From an uncultured Candidatus Rokubacteria bacterium (lineage in GTDB: Bacteria; Methylomirabilota; Methylomirabilia; Rokubacteriales; CSP1-6), in contig CAVWFS010000020.1 in the NCBI GenBank assembly GCA_963754315.1, forward strand, positions 1 to 64,000: a stretch of 64,000 nt of DNA, read 5' to 3'. Both the position numbers and the translations under genes were made by a program. Below, in pieces: positions 51,327-61,908 of the stretch. The number at the start of each line of letters is the position of its first letter. Position 1 is the stretch's first letter. Below the pieces are notes generated by a model. It made no database searches and had not been told where the DNA came from. It was given only the letters and a program-made list of their open reading frames with translations.

Positions 51327-52146
51327 TCACCGGAGAGTCAAGAGGTAGGCGACGATGTGATCCACTTGTTCCGGCTTCAGCGTCTGCCCGTAGTCCGGCG
51401 GCATCGGCGACCGGCCGCCGGCGGCATAGGTCGGGCCCGTGAGCACGTGGGCGTTCGGGTCGAGGATCGACTCGCGGATGTATCCGGCCGCGTCCTTGGC
51501 GGCGCCGCGGTAGTCGCGGGCTCGCGATGCGGGCCGTCGCGACGGCGGGAATCCCCGCCATGGTGGGGCCGACGATGTTGACCCCGGGCGCGATCGAGTG
51601 GCACGCGGCGCACCCGGGCGGCGTCGCGCTGAACGCGGCCCGGCCGAGCTCCACCGGGTCTTGCGAGGCGGCCTGGGGCGGCGGAGCGCTCCAGCACCGC
51701 GCCCGGCACCGCGCTGCCCCTGACAAGGATCGGCCGGGGCGGCCGAGCCCTGGGTGTTGATGCGGCTCACCCACGACAGGAAGGCGATCAGATGGTCGAT
51801 CTCTGGGTCGCTCAGGTTCGAGGTTCGGCATCAGCCGGCCGTCCCGCTCCTCGGAGTAGAACTTCGATGGATCCTTCAAGAACTCCCGCAGATACGGCGC
51901 GCCCCGCTGCTTGGTGATCTGCGTGAGATCCGGGGCGTAGTACGCGCCCTCGCCCAACAAGGTATGGCAGTTGATGCAGTTGCGCCGGTGCCAGACATTC
52001 TTACCCGCCACGACACTCTCGTCGATGGCAGACGCGTTCGTCAGCTTGGGGAACTGGCGGTGGCTGTCGATCGTGAGCACCGTGAAGATCAGCGCGCTGA
52101 GCAGCGTGCTGATGAAGAAAAAGAGCCGCGCGCCGCGCTTGGTCAC
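51327..52146 (-). CDS. norC: Nitric oxide reductase cytochrome c subunit with a second c-haem domain; several frameshifts
   Basis: N-terminal TM, GKNVWHRRNCINCHTLLGEGAYYAPDLT, RLMPN; then GCAACHS..VGP, YIRESILDP, MP. Confidence 0.85.
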
Positions 52147-52352
52147 CGGCGGCGCGGGCCAGCCGGGAGTTGCCTCGCCCGCCGGACCGTGGACACCCCG
52201 GCCGTGGGAGGACGGCCAAGAGGCCGAAGATGGCAGCGCTGACCGCGAGGAGAATCGGCGGCGAGCGGAAACTGCAGGTGCGCCAGCAAGAGGGCGAGAC
52301 TCGCGCTGAGCGCCCCGAGGGAGAGGAGCACGAGGAGGGGTGCCGAGATCAC
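52143..52352 (-). CDS. Possible small 2-TM membrane protein overlapping the norC start (frameshifted)
   Basis: VISAPLLVLLSLGALSA and, in another frame, PPILLAVSAAIFGLLAVL; GTGA overlaps at both ends. Confidence 0.4.
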   Translation of the reverse strand: MISAPLLVLLSLGALSASLALLLAHLQFPLAADSPRGQRCHLRPLGRPPTAGVSTVRRARQLPAGPRRR

Positions 52353-52513
52353 ACGCCGATCCGGTTGAAGTTGACGATGGCGATCCACGCGGAGTAAAGG
52401 GTGGCGGACGCCATCAGCGCAAGGACGATCCACGCCAGCAGCCTGGTCAGCGCTGAAGAGCTCTCGCGCTCGCCCCTCACCGGCATCTCTTTGGCCCTCA
52501 CCGGCATCTGCAT
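52349..52513 (-). CDS. Small single-TM membrane protein at the head of the nor operon
   Basis: LTRLLAWIVLALMASATLYSAWIAIVNFNRIGV; start uncertain. Confidence 0.55.
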   Translation of the reverse strand: MQMPVRAKEMPVRGERESSSALTRLLAWIVLALMASATLYSAWIAIVNFNRIGV

Positions 52514-53285
52514 TTGGTGGTGCGGCCAACGATGGCACCCGGCGACCGGCCGTGCCGTCAATGCCCATGGCCGCGCGTAGTGTCGCGTCTCGCACCCGGC
52601 CCTGTCAATGTCCCCGGCGCCCCACGAGGGTAGCTACGCGTTGCAAGCGGCGTGACAGATTGCCTCGCGATCTGGTGTCCGCAAACCTTCGTGGCCGCCG
52701 CCAGTTGCTCGGCCGTCTGAGCCACCGGCCAGGGTTCTGTGGAGCAATCGCCCCAGACTGAGGCACCAACACCTCACCGCTCACGAGTCATTTAGGCGCA
52801 CGCTGGCGGGCAACCCCGGTGGCCGCGGCAGAATCTTCCCATGCCCGCGCGAGGCCGACTCGACGGCGAGATGCGCTCGCTGGGCGTCCGGTTTCTGCTC
52901 CGCGCCTTTCCTGGGATCGTGCTCGTCCATCCTGCGCGCCTGAGCGCTCGTCGCCAGGATCCCGGGACTCGTCAGATATGATGGAGATCCGGCATCCACC
53001 GGTGGATGCTGTCGAATCTGACGGGGTGGAGGCGAGAGAGAGGCGTTGCAGTGCAAATTCTAGTCCGGCGGTTTGACAGCCACGCAATCACGATCACGAG
53101 TACCAACTTGGCGGCGAGTTCCATTGACCCCGCCCTCGGGAGAGAAATCGCGATGCGTGACTGGGCAGTGGCGGATTACATGGCAAGTATTTCGAGCGAC
53201 CAGGATGCGGCAAGCACACGGCGGGCTCGCCGTGCTAGCGCTCAAATTGCTGAAGGTATCGACCTCAGCCGAAGAGCGATTGGCC

Positions 53286-54266
53286 ATGAGACGGCGCAAG
53301 TTCATTGCACTTCTAGGCAGCTCCGCCGTCGCCCGGCCGTGTCTGGCGCGCGCGCAACAGGCTCGGATGCCGGTGATCGGTATCCTCAACAGTCAGACCC
53401 GGGATACAGAGAGCGAACGACTCTCGGCCCTGCACCAGGGGTTGAGAGAAACCGGCCTCGCCGAGGGCCGAAACGTGGCGATCGAGTACCGCTTTGCCGA
53501 CGGTCATAACGACCGCCTGCCGGCGCTCGCGGCCGAGTTGGTCCGGCGTCAGGTCGCTGTCATCGTGGCGAATACAACTCCTCCGGCGCTCGCGGCGCAG
53601 GCTGCGACCGCGACCATCCCGATCGTCTTCGTCACCGGCGCCGACCCGGTCGCGGTGGGACTGGTCGCCAGCCTCAGTCGGCCGGGCGCCAACGTCACTG
53701 GCGTGACCTTCCTGGTACAACAATTGGTAGCGAAGCGGCTGGAGTTGTTGTGCGACCTGGTGCCGAGAACCGCGCCGATCGGCATGCTGGCGGATCAGCA
53801 CAACCCGAATGCGGAGAGCGACGTCAAAAACGCGCTGGCGGCGGCAGCCGCGCTCGGGCGGATCTTGCATGTCGTAAAGGTCGCGGCTCCGGGCGACATC
53901 GACTCCGCCTTCGCCACCCTGGTCCAACAGCGGGTCGCAGCGGTGTTCCTCGCACCACACGCGAATTTCCGCATTTGGCGCCAGCAGCTCCTCGGCCTGG
54001 CGGCGCGCCATGCCATGCCAACGAGCTTCTCGAGCAGCGATTTCGTTGCCGCAGGCGCTCTGATGAGCTACGGGCCCGATCAGCTGGACTCCTATCGCGA
54101 GGCCGGCATCTATACGGGGCGGATTCTCAACGGCGAAAAGCCGGCGGGGCTGCCGGTCATGCAGTCGACCAAGTTCGAATTCGTGATCAACCTCAAGACC
54201 GCAAAAGCACTTGGCCTCACGATCCCGCCGAAAATGCTCTTGGCCGCCACCAAGCTGATTGAATGA
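53286..54266 (+). CDS. ABC transporter substrate-binding protein (ABC_sub_bind family)
   Basis: MRRRKFIALLG, EGRNVAIEYRFA, DPVAVGLVASLSRPGANVTG, KFEFVINLKTAKALGLTIP. Confidence 0.92.
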   Translation: MRRRKFIALLGSSAVARPCLARAQQARMPVIGILNSQTRDTESERLSALHQGLRETGLAEGRNVAIEYRFADGHNDRLPALAAELVRRQVAVIVANTTPPALAAQAATATIPIVFVTGADPVAVGLVASLSRPGANVTGVTFLVQQLVAKRLELLCDLVPRTAPIGMLADQHNPNAESDVKNALAAAAALGRILHVVKVAAPGDIDSAFATLVQQRVAAVFLAPHANFRIWRQQLLGLAARHAMPTSFSSSDFVAAGALMSYGPDQLDSYREAGIYTGRILNGEKPAGLPVMQSTKFEFVINLKTAKALGLTIPPKMLLAATKLIE

Positions 54267-54297
54267 AGGGGATACATTCGGACTTGTTCCACCTGCG

Positions 54298-55271
54298 TCA
54301 CGTATGCACGCGAGCGCGCTGCGCGCGGTAGCTTGCGAAGCTCGCCTCGAGCCCGGCCTGCCAAGCGGCCAGCCGCGCCTCCGGTGCCGCGACCAGCGAC
54401 CCCGTCTCGAGACCACTCGACAGCGCGCCGACAAGCCCTCGCGAGGCGAGCGGATCGTAGCTCACCGCCGCGTCGCCGATCGCGATCCAGCCCGGGCCGA
54501 AGCAGCGCTCGAGGATCGTCGAATCCGCGGGGCGCACCACCGGCGCGCGCTCGACGCGGTACCCTTCGACGAGCCGGCCCAGGTGGCGGGTCGCGCGCAG
54601 CCGCGACTCCCAGGCGTGCACGTCGAGCCCGGACACGGTGACGAAGCCTGCGACGCGGCGCCGTTCCGGCAAGCGGCAGCCGTACCACCAGCCCAATGAC
54701 GTCGTCTCGACGGTCAGCGTCGCGTCGACGTCGTCCGCGCGATCGGTCACGAGCCAGCCGACGAGGGCGACCTGTCGGTCGAAGCGCAGGCGCTTGACGC
54801 CGAGGAGGCGCGCGACCGCGCCGCGCCGGCCGGTGGCGTCGACCAGCCAGTCGCAGGTCTCCTCGCCGTCGGAGAGCCGGAGGCGCCAGCCATGCGGCAC
54901 CGTACTCTCACGAGCGAGGCCGGTCAGCCGTGCCGGCACGCGCAAGAGCGCTCCGGCGGCGACGGCCGCCTGGCGCAACGTCTCCCCAAAGCGCGCGCGG
55001 TCGAGTAGCCAGCCGTGGCCGAACGGATGCGAGAGGAAGTCCTGATCCTGCAGCTCGACCGAGTGCCACGCCGCGCGTACGCCGACGCAGTCAAGTTGCC
55101 CCGGCAAGCGCTTCAGGCCGAGTCGCGAGAGAAGCGGGCGCGCCGCGGGGGGAGCTGCTCGCCGACGCCATCGAGCCCGTCGCCGACGAGGACGACATCC
55201 CGGCCGGCGCGACAGAGCGCGATCGCCGCCGCGCATCCGGCGGGCCCGGAGCCGACCACCGCGACACGCAT
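54298..55271 (-). CDS. LodB/GoxB-like flavoprotein; frameshift near 55150
   Basis: VVGSGPAG, GEQLPP, GWLLDRARF, VDATGR, GWWY, IGDAAVSYDPLASRG; coupled to the lodA-like gene. Confidence 0.85.
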
Positions 55272-57176
55272 CACGTGGGAAATTCGTTGTCCGTTTCGAC
55301 CTTGAAGAGCGGCGGGAAAGCCGGGTCGCCCGGTCCAGGCTGCTCGGTGACGACGCCGAGCCGGTACCAGTTGTCGACCATCTGCTGGAGGGTGTCCGTC
55401 GTATCCGGGCGGTCGATGTTGCGGAAGAACTGCGCCCGGCCGAAGAACGCCTCGCGCCGCTCTTCGAGCGAACGGGACGTGTCGAGCACGAGTTCGTAGC
55501 GCTGCTCGGGCATCACGTGGTTGGGCACGCGCGCCGCCCAGAAGGTCGGCAGATACGGATCCACGGGGGTGTCGCCGTACTGGTAGCCGGAGCGGCAACT
55601 CGCGGTGTCGGTCTGCCACGGCACCGCCATCCAGCGCGTGACGCCGCCGGGGACCGAGCCGGCGAGCGGCCCGTCGGCGGACAGCGCGATGGCCGGGGTC
55701 AAGACCTCGCCGTGGTTGGGCTCAGACCCCTGGCGGTGGAGGAGCCGGAACGGCGAGGCGTACATGGAGGCGACGCGCATCGGCCAGGTCGCCTCGCAGC
55801 CCGGATGGAAGGCGTCGCCGAGGCAGGCCTCGAGCGCGGCGCGATCGAGCGCCGCCGGCTGAATCTCGATCGGCAGATCCTCGACCTGCGACGAGATCGG
55901 TCCGGCCACGCCGGGAACGAAGTCGCCCGCCGCCCAGCTCTGGAGCGCCGCATACTGGAACGGCTGGACAGCGAGGTAGCTCCGCGGGCTGACCGGCGGG
56001 AGGGTGATCGCGTCGCCATAGAGCGGCGGCAACAGGTCGACCGCGCTCTCGAGCGTCGCGTAGTCGGGGTTGCGGAACCTGGCGAACAGCGCCTGGCGGA
56101 AGGCCGCGTTGGCCGGCGACGGATCGGCAAGCCGGAGCAGGTACTCCGGCGACAGGAACTGTTCGGGCGAATCCCAGCCGTAGCGGTTCAGGACACCTTG
56201 ATTGACCCACTGCAGATCGGCCAGGCGCTCGAAGAGCGGAAAAATGTCGGCGAGGAAGCTCACCTCGGCCGGCGGCGTGACCCAGCCGAGGTCGAGCATG
56301 GTCTGATAGATCACGGTGTAGAGCGTGCCGAAGTCGGTCGCGAGCGCCGGCGCGTAGTTCGGCGGCGCGACCACCACCCAGGCCGGATCGACCGGCAGCG
56401 AGACGCCGCCGAGACGGACGCGCGCGGTCACCGGGCCGTCGGACGTGTCGTCGGTCCAGCCGTCGTTGTTGGCGAAGGTCGTGAGCGACGAGCGTTGCGG
56501 GAGAGAACGAGCGGCCCCGGCCGCCGAGGACGAGCAGGCGCCCTTGCTCGTCGGTGCGGAGCTCGCCCAGGTACACGGACTCGCCCAGGAAGGCGCCGGT
56601 GTCGAAGGGCACGGCGCTGCGATGGCGTCCCGACACTCGCCGGGGCCCGGGGTCGATCATCAGCGCGTTGCGGTCCGCACCCTGGTAGGCGGCGTTCCGC
56701 CGCGAGGTGGGCTCGGCCTCGGGGATGTCGAGCGCGGTCTCGAACTCGTACCAGGCCGCCTTCTGGTTGGCGAGGTGCACGGTCCACTGAATGGTCGCGT
56801 CGTGCGCGGTGAGCTCGCGCACGACCCGCCCGTTAGTGTCGAGTCCGAAGATGCGGAAGCGCGCCGCTTGACGTTTCATCGCTCCGCTCGCGTCCTTGTA
56901 GCCGCCGGGCGCAATCGGCAGTCCGCCCGGAATCTCGGGTCCGAAGTAGTACTCGTCGGGACTGTTGCCCACACGCGCGATGCCGATCGCCGGATGGATC
57001 GCGGCGCGGACGATGCGGCCGCGGGAGCCGCGAGACGGGCGGCCTGCGCTCTCGCCCCAGGCCCGATCGGAGCTGAGCATCGCCAGCAGCGCCGAGCTCG
57101 CGCCCGCTTTCAGCAGATCGCGGCGCGACAGCAGCCGGTCGAGGGTCGAGGACCGCCGGTCAACTACGTCGCCCAT
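55271..57176 (-). CDS. LodA/GoxA family CTQ-dependent oxidase with Tat signal; frameshift near 56495
   Basis: SRRDLLK; IHPAIGIARVGNS, KRQAARFRIFG, WTVHLANQKAAW, NNDGWTDDTSDGPV, FHPGCE, MAVPWQTDTASC, TFWAARVP. Confidence 0.9.
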
Positions 57177-57441
57177 TACCCACCTCCGACCTGGATAGAT
57201 ATCCGGCATCGGCGCACAAACGAGCACGGCCCGGTGCCCCGCCCGCGGCCCATCCGCAGATACAACCTCCCGACGCCGCCGTCAAGTGCCATAGCCCGGC
57301 TAACAACAGTGCGATAGCCCGGCGTACGCATCGAGCGTCGTCTCACATTCCATCTGGTCACCGCTCGATGGACATCCGGCGAGGGAGAGAATCCCTGCGC
57401 CAGCAATAATGACGACGATGCTCGCAGAGCGGCGAGAGAAA

Positions 57442-58758
57442 TCAGTCAGTCGCGTCGACGCTTCCGAGCCGGGCTCGCGGTCCACCGAGCACGGATGGCC
57501 CAGCGATGGTGGCCGAACGCTGGCCATAGATCCCACGCAGGGTCGGGGCGCACAGCGTGAGAACGGTCACCGCGATGAACGCGAGACCCGGCAGCGCGAG
57601 CATCGGCCCGGCGCCAAACCCGTCGGCCAGACGTCCGGTGGCGAGGTTGCTGACGCCCATCACCCCGCTGCCGGACCCCCAGTACACACCCATTACCCGA
57701 CCGCGGAGGTGATCAGGGGTGGCCATCTGGAGCAACGTCGTCGCCAGCGCGATGAACATCGACTGCGTCAGACCGACGGCCGCCGCCGCCGCCAACACAC
57801 CGGGCCAGGAGCCGGCGTAGCCCATGGGCACCAGCGTCAGCCCGCTGAGGATGCTCGTCGCGAAGAACAGATACCCGCAGTGGACCCGTCGCGCGAAGCC
57901 GGCGAGCAGGAAGGCACCGATGAGCGAGCCGCCACCGATCGCCATCATGAGCAGGCTATAGGCCGTGCCGGACGCACCGAACACATCAGACGCACGTTGT
58001 GGCAGGGCCGCGTCGTACCCCATCGTGAAGGCGCAGTGAAGAAAGACGAGCGCGATCACCGGGAACACGACCGGGGCACGCAAAACGTAACGTACACCCT
58101 GTGCGAGCTGCGCGAGCGGGTTGTGGTCGGAGCCGCTGCGCTGGTGCGAGACCTCGCCGAGTCCCCAGATCTGCCAGAAGGCCATGGCGGAGAGCGCGGC
58201 CGCGACCAGGAAGGCGCCGGCGCCACCGCCGACGTGGAGCAACGGCGCGGCGAGCAGCGGCCCCAGCAGCCGTGCGCCGTTCTGGTTGGCCTGGAGAAGG
58301 GAGACGGCGTTGAGCACATCGCGTTCAGGGACGAGGTTCCCCAGCATCGCCTGCTCGATCGGCGTGCTGGACGAGCGAGACGCGCCGAGGATGAAGGAGA
58401 CGAGGACGAGCGGCCAGGCGTTCTGGCCTCCCCTCCATGCCAACCAGGCGAGCCCGAGGGCCGCGAGCAGACCGACCGCATTCATGGCCAGCAACATCGT
58501 CCGCCGATCGTAGCGGTCGGCGAACACACCGGCGAAGGGGGTGATGATGAGCGATGCCAGGAAGGCAGCGAACACGACGACGCCGACGGTGCTCGAGTGG
58601 TGGTGCAGCTCGAACGCCATCCAGCCGCACGCCGTGAGCGCGGTCATGTAGGCGACGCCCGACAGGATCGACGCCGTCCACAGCGGCCGAAAGCGCTTGT
58701 ACCGAACGGCTGAGAAAATGCCCGCCCGATCTCCGCCCTCAACGATGTTGGTCGGCAT
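57442..58758 (-). CDS. MFS transporter
   Basis: GVFADRYDRR motif A, about 12 TM helices, TPDHLRGRVMG. Confidence 0.92.
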   Translation of the reverse strand: MPTNIVEGGDRAGIFSAVRYKRFRPLWTASILSGVAYMTALTACGWMAFELHHHSSTVGVVVFAAFLASLIITPFAGVFADRYDRRTMLLAMNAVGLLAALGLAWLAWRGGQNAWPLVLVSFILGASRSSSTPIEQAMLGNLVPERDVLNAVSLLQANQNGARLLGPLLAAPLLHVGGGAGAFLVAAALSAMAFWQIWGLGEVSHQRSGSDHNPLAQLAQGVRYVLRAPVVFPVIALVFLHCAFTMGYDAALPQRASDVFGASGTAYSLLMMAIGGGSLIGAFLLAGFARRVHCGYLFFATSILSGLTLVPMGYAGSWPGVLAAAAAVGLTQSMFIALATTLLQMATPDHLRGRVMGVYWGSGSGVMGVSNLATGRLADGFGAGPMLALPGLAFIAVTVLTLCAPTLRGIYGQRSATIAGPSVLGGPRARLGSVDATD

Positions 58759-58934
58759 CCGCTCAAGGCTGCGCCCGCTTGCCCCAGGGCGTCAAGGTGC
58801 GCATCCAGTCGGGTGTCGATTGACAGCGGCCGGCTGGCCATCGTATACGACGGGCGTGCCCGACGGAGATCCCAGGACCGTGTGTAGCCCCCAACACCAT
58901 CCGCGCACCGATCGAGGTGCCCGAGGAGACTGCC

Positions 58935-59681
58935 GTGCCATTCCATGAAAAAGGCAACGTCCGCATTCGCTACGAGGAGGCTGGCTCCGGCTTTCCGCTG
59001 CTTGTCACCCCCGGCGGCGGCTTGAACTCCCGCGTGAGCAACTGGCCGACCGCGGTGTTCAACGCGATGGAGGCCTTCAAGAACGACTTCCGCTGCATCA
59101 CGATGGATCAGCGCAACGCGAATGGCGGCGAGTCGACGGGCCCCATTCCGGCCAGCGATCCGTGGGGCGCCTTCGCCGACGATCAGCTGGGGCTGATGGA
59201 CCACCTCGGCATCCAGAAGTTCTTCTACATGGGCTACTGCATCGGTGGGTGTTTTGGCCTCAAGCTCATCGAGCGGGCCCCCGATCGCGTCGTTGCCGCG
59301 GTGCTGTGCCAGCCGGTCGGGCACCGTCCGGAGAATCCCGACGTCATGTACAACTCCGGCCGCGACGTCTGGGCCCCCGAGCTACGCGGGCGGCGTCCTG
59401 AGATCACCATGGAGAGCATCGAGGCCTACCTGCACAACCTCTACCGAGTTCGGCCCGACTTCGTGTACAGCGTTTCGCGCGACTTCGTGCGCTCCTGCCA
59501 GACGCCGATGCTCGTGATGCCGGACGACACGCCGGCGCATCCGTATCAGACGTCCGTGGACATCGCCGAGCTCGCGCCGAAGGCCCAGTCGACGGTGTTT
59601 CCCTGGAGAGAGCCGAAGGACCTGCTCGAGAAGACGATCGACCAGGTGCGCGGCTTCCTTCGATCGCATCAGCCAAGATGA
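58935..59681 (+). CDS. Alpha/beta hydrolase with Cys at the nucleophile elbow
   Basis: YEEAGSGFPLL, MDQRNA, MGYCIGG; GAGGAG SD. Confidence 0.88.
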   Translation: MPFHEKGNVRIRYEEAGSGFPLLVTPGGGLNSRVSNWPTAVFNAMEAFKNDFRCITMDQRNANGGESTGPIPASDPWGAFADDQLGLMDHLGIQKFFYMGYCIGGCFGLKLIERAPDRVVAAVLCQPVGHRPENPDVMYNSGRDVWAPELRGRRPEITMESIEAYLHNLYRVRPDFVYSVSRDFVRSCQTPMLVMPDDTPAHPYQTSVDIAELAPKAQSTVFPWREPKDLLEKTIDQVRGFLRSHQPR

Positions 59682-59801
59682 TGGCCGGCCGCTGAGACGC
59701 CGCGCGCTTTCGCCCCTCGCGCGACCCCAATCGAGGGGCCTCGCGATCGCCGGGGGCCCACCCGCACCTCGGCCGCCGACGGCGCGAGGTTGGCCGGGGC
59801 G

Positions 59802-60965
59802 TTATTCGCGACCGCGGGGCCCGGCGTGCGTGGCGAGGAATGCCCGATCGCGGACGAACCGCCCGGGAGCGAAGGCCTCGAGTGCGACCCGCGTGTCACG
59901 ACCGAGGATGAGATCGGCGATCGAGCGTCCCATGGCGGGACCGTAGAGGATGCCCTTGCGGGCGCCGCCGGTCGCCACGTAGACGTGCTCGAGCCCGGGC
60001 ACCCGGCCGAGCACGAGCAGTCCGTCCGATGCCACGGGGCGCAAGCAGGCGGTCTGGTGCGCGATCTGGGCGTCGGCCATCGCGGGCAGCATCTTCACAA
60101 GCGCGGCCCCGATCTCGTCGCGGGCCGCGGCCGTCGAGTCCTCGTCGAAGCCCGCCTCCTCTTCGGTCGTCCCCGCCCAGAGGAGGCCGTCGGTCTTGGT
60201 CGTGGCGTAGTTATGGCCCCAGCCGACCGAGCAGTCGATCGGCGGACCGGGAGCCTGCAGGCGGAGGATCTGGCCCTTGAGAGGACGGACGTCGATCGGC
60301 ACGCCGATCCAGTCCGACACCTCGGCGCTCCACGGGCCAAGCGCGAGCACCACCGTGGAGCAGGCGACCACGTCCCGCTCGAGAACTACGCCGGTGACGC
60401 GCCCGCCGTCGCGCAGCAGGCTGATCGCTCGCCCGTGCCGGACCCTCACTCCCAGGCCTTCGGCGGCCCGGGTCAGGGCCAGCACCAGACGATAGGGCTC
60501 GACGCCGGCGGTGCCTTCGATCAGCGTCGCCCCCAGCGTCTCGTCCGAGACGCGCGGCTCCACGCGGCGAGCCTCCGAAGCGTCTAGCCAGCGCGCCGCG
60601 TAGCCCGGCTGCCGCTGCTGCCAGGGCAGCGCGGCCTGGAGTCGCTGGACGTCCGCCTCGCTGAAGGCCAGCGCGAGCGAGCAGCGGACGCGGAAGTCGA
60701 CGTCAATCCCGGTTTCCTCGACGACGCTCTCGCGCAGTTCGCGATGCAACCGCATCCCGTCCTGGGCGATCTCGGCCAGGGGCCCTGGGATGCCGAAACC
60801 ACTCAGCGGGCTGAGCCCCCCGTACGCGAAGCCGGAGGCGTGGCTGCCGATCGCGTCGCGCTCGACGACAACGCTCGGTACGCCAGCCTTCGCCAGGTAG
60901 TAGGCGGTGGTCAGGCCAGCAATGCCGCCGCCCACGATCACGACGTCGGATGAATTCTCGGTCAT
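59802..60965 (-). CDS. FAD-dependent oxidoreductase (glycine oxidase/DAO family)
   Basis: VIVGGGIAG, VRPLKGQ, CLRP..SDG, GILYGP. Confidence 0.9.
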   Translation of the reverse strand: MTENSSDVVIVGGGIAGLTTAYYLAKAGVPSVVVERDAIGSHASGFAYGGLSPLSGFGIPGPLAEIAQDGMRLHRELRESVVEETGIDVDFRVRCSLALAFSEADVQRLQAALPWQQRQPGYAARWLDASEARRVEPRVSDETLGATLIEGTAGVEPYRLVLALTRAAEGLGVRVRHGRAISLLRDGGRVTGVVLERDVVACSTVVLALGPWSAEVSDWIGVPIDVRPLKGQILRLQAPGPPIDCSVGWGHNYATTKTDGLLWAGTTEEEAGFDEDSTAAARDEIGAALVKMLPAMADAQIAHQTACLRPVASDGLLVLGRVPGLEHVYVATGGARKGILYGPAMGRSIADLILGRDTRVALEAFAPGRFVRDRAFLATHAGPRGRE

Positions 60966-61056
60966 CGTCCGCCGATCCTGTCAAAGAACGCGAGAACGGT
61001 CAAACCGCCCGGAGCAGCGCGCTATTCGCGACGCACACGAGCGCCCAGCGAGAGCA

Positions 61057-61869
61057 TCAGCCGCGGGAACGACGCCCCGTAAAGCGCGGCGGCCGCTTCT
61101 CGCGGAACGCGGCGACACCTTCCGCACGGTCCGGCGTGCGGCCGGCGATCGCCTGGTTCCGCGCCTCCATGCTGAGGACGTCCTCGAGCGACATGCCCAG
61201 TCCTTGGTAGAGCCCCGTCTTGGCCAGCCCGTACGCCACGGTCGGCCCTTGGGCCAGCCGCTCGGCGAGCTTCAGCGTCTCGTTCTCGAGCTGCTCCGCG
61301 GGGACCACGCTGTTCACGAGACCGATCCGCAACGCCTCGTGGGCGTCGATGATGTCGGCGAGCAGGATCATCTCCATGGCCTTGGCCGTGCCGATGAGGC
61401 GTGGGAGGAAGTACGTTCCCCCGCCGTCGGGCACGAGACCCACGCGCGCGAAGACCTCACCGAAACGGGCCGTGTCGGCCGCGATGCGCAGGTCGGTGGC
61501 CAGCGCGATGTTCAACCCGGCTCCCGCCGCCACGCCGTTGATGCTGCCGACGATCGGTTTCTCGAGGCGCTGCATGCGGAGGATACAGCGGTTCAAGCGC
61601 TCGATGAGGGCGCCCCCGAGATCGCCGTCGAAGAACGACGGCTGGACCTCGCCGGCGCGATCGCGCTTCTGATCGCCGCCCGATGAGAACGCGCGCCCGG
61701 CGCCCGTCAGGATCACCACTCGTACCGTGGCGTCGGCCTCGAGCTCGATGAGGATCCGCTCGAGCTCGCCCATCATGGGCTCGTGCATGGCGTTGAGCGT
61801 CTCGGGCCGGTTCAGGGTCAGGGTCACGATGCTGTCGTGACGGTCATACAGAACAGATCCGTTCGTCAT
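61057..61869 (-). CDS. Enoyl-CoA hydratase/isomerase family (PaaG-like)
   Basis: LNRPETLNA, GAGRAFSSGGD, NGVAAGAG, VGLVPDGG, FREKRPP. Confidence 0.92.
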   Translation of the reverse strand: MTNGSVLYDRHDSIVTLTLNRPETLNAMHEPMMGELERILIELEADATVRVVILTGAGRAFSSGGDQKRDRAGEVQPSFFDGDLGGALIERLNRCILRMQRLEKPIVGSINGVAAGAGLNIALATDLRIAADTARFGEVFARVGLVPDGGGTYFLPRLIGTAKAMEMILLADIIDAHEALRIGLVNSVVPAEQLENETLKLAERLAQGPTVAYGLAKTGLYQGLGMSLEDVLSMEARNQAIAGRTPDRAEGVAAFREKRPPRFTGRRSRG

Positions 61870-61908
61870 TCGTGCACTCCTTGTGACATCGAGCAGCTCC
61901 CTGCCAAC

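Noticed and set aside
52560..53280. FNR box or ncRNA upstream of the nor operon
   Set aside because: No convincing TTGAT-N4-ATCAA-like palindrome or RNA family signature found by eye; the short ORFs here lack support.
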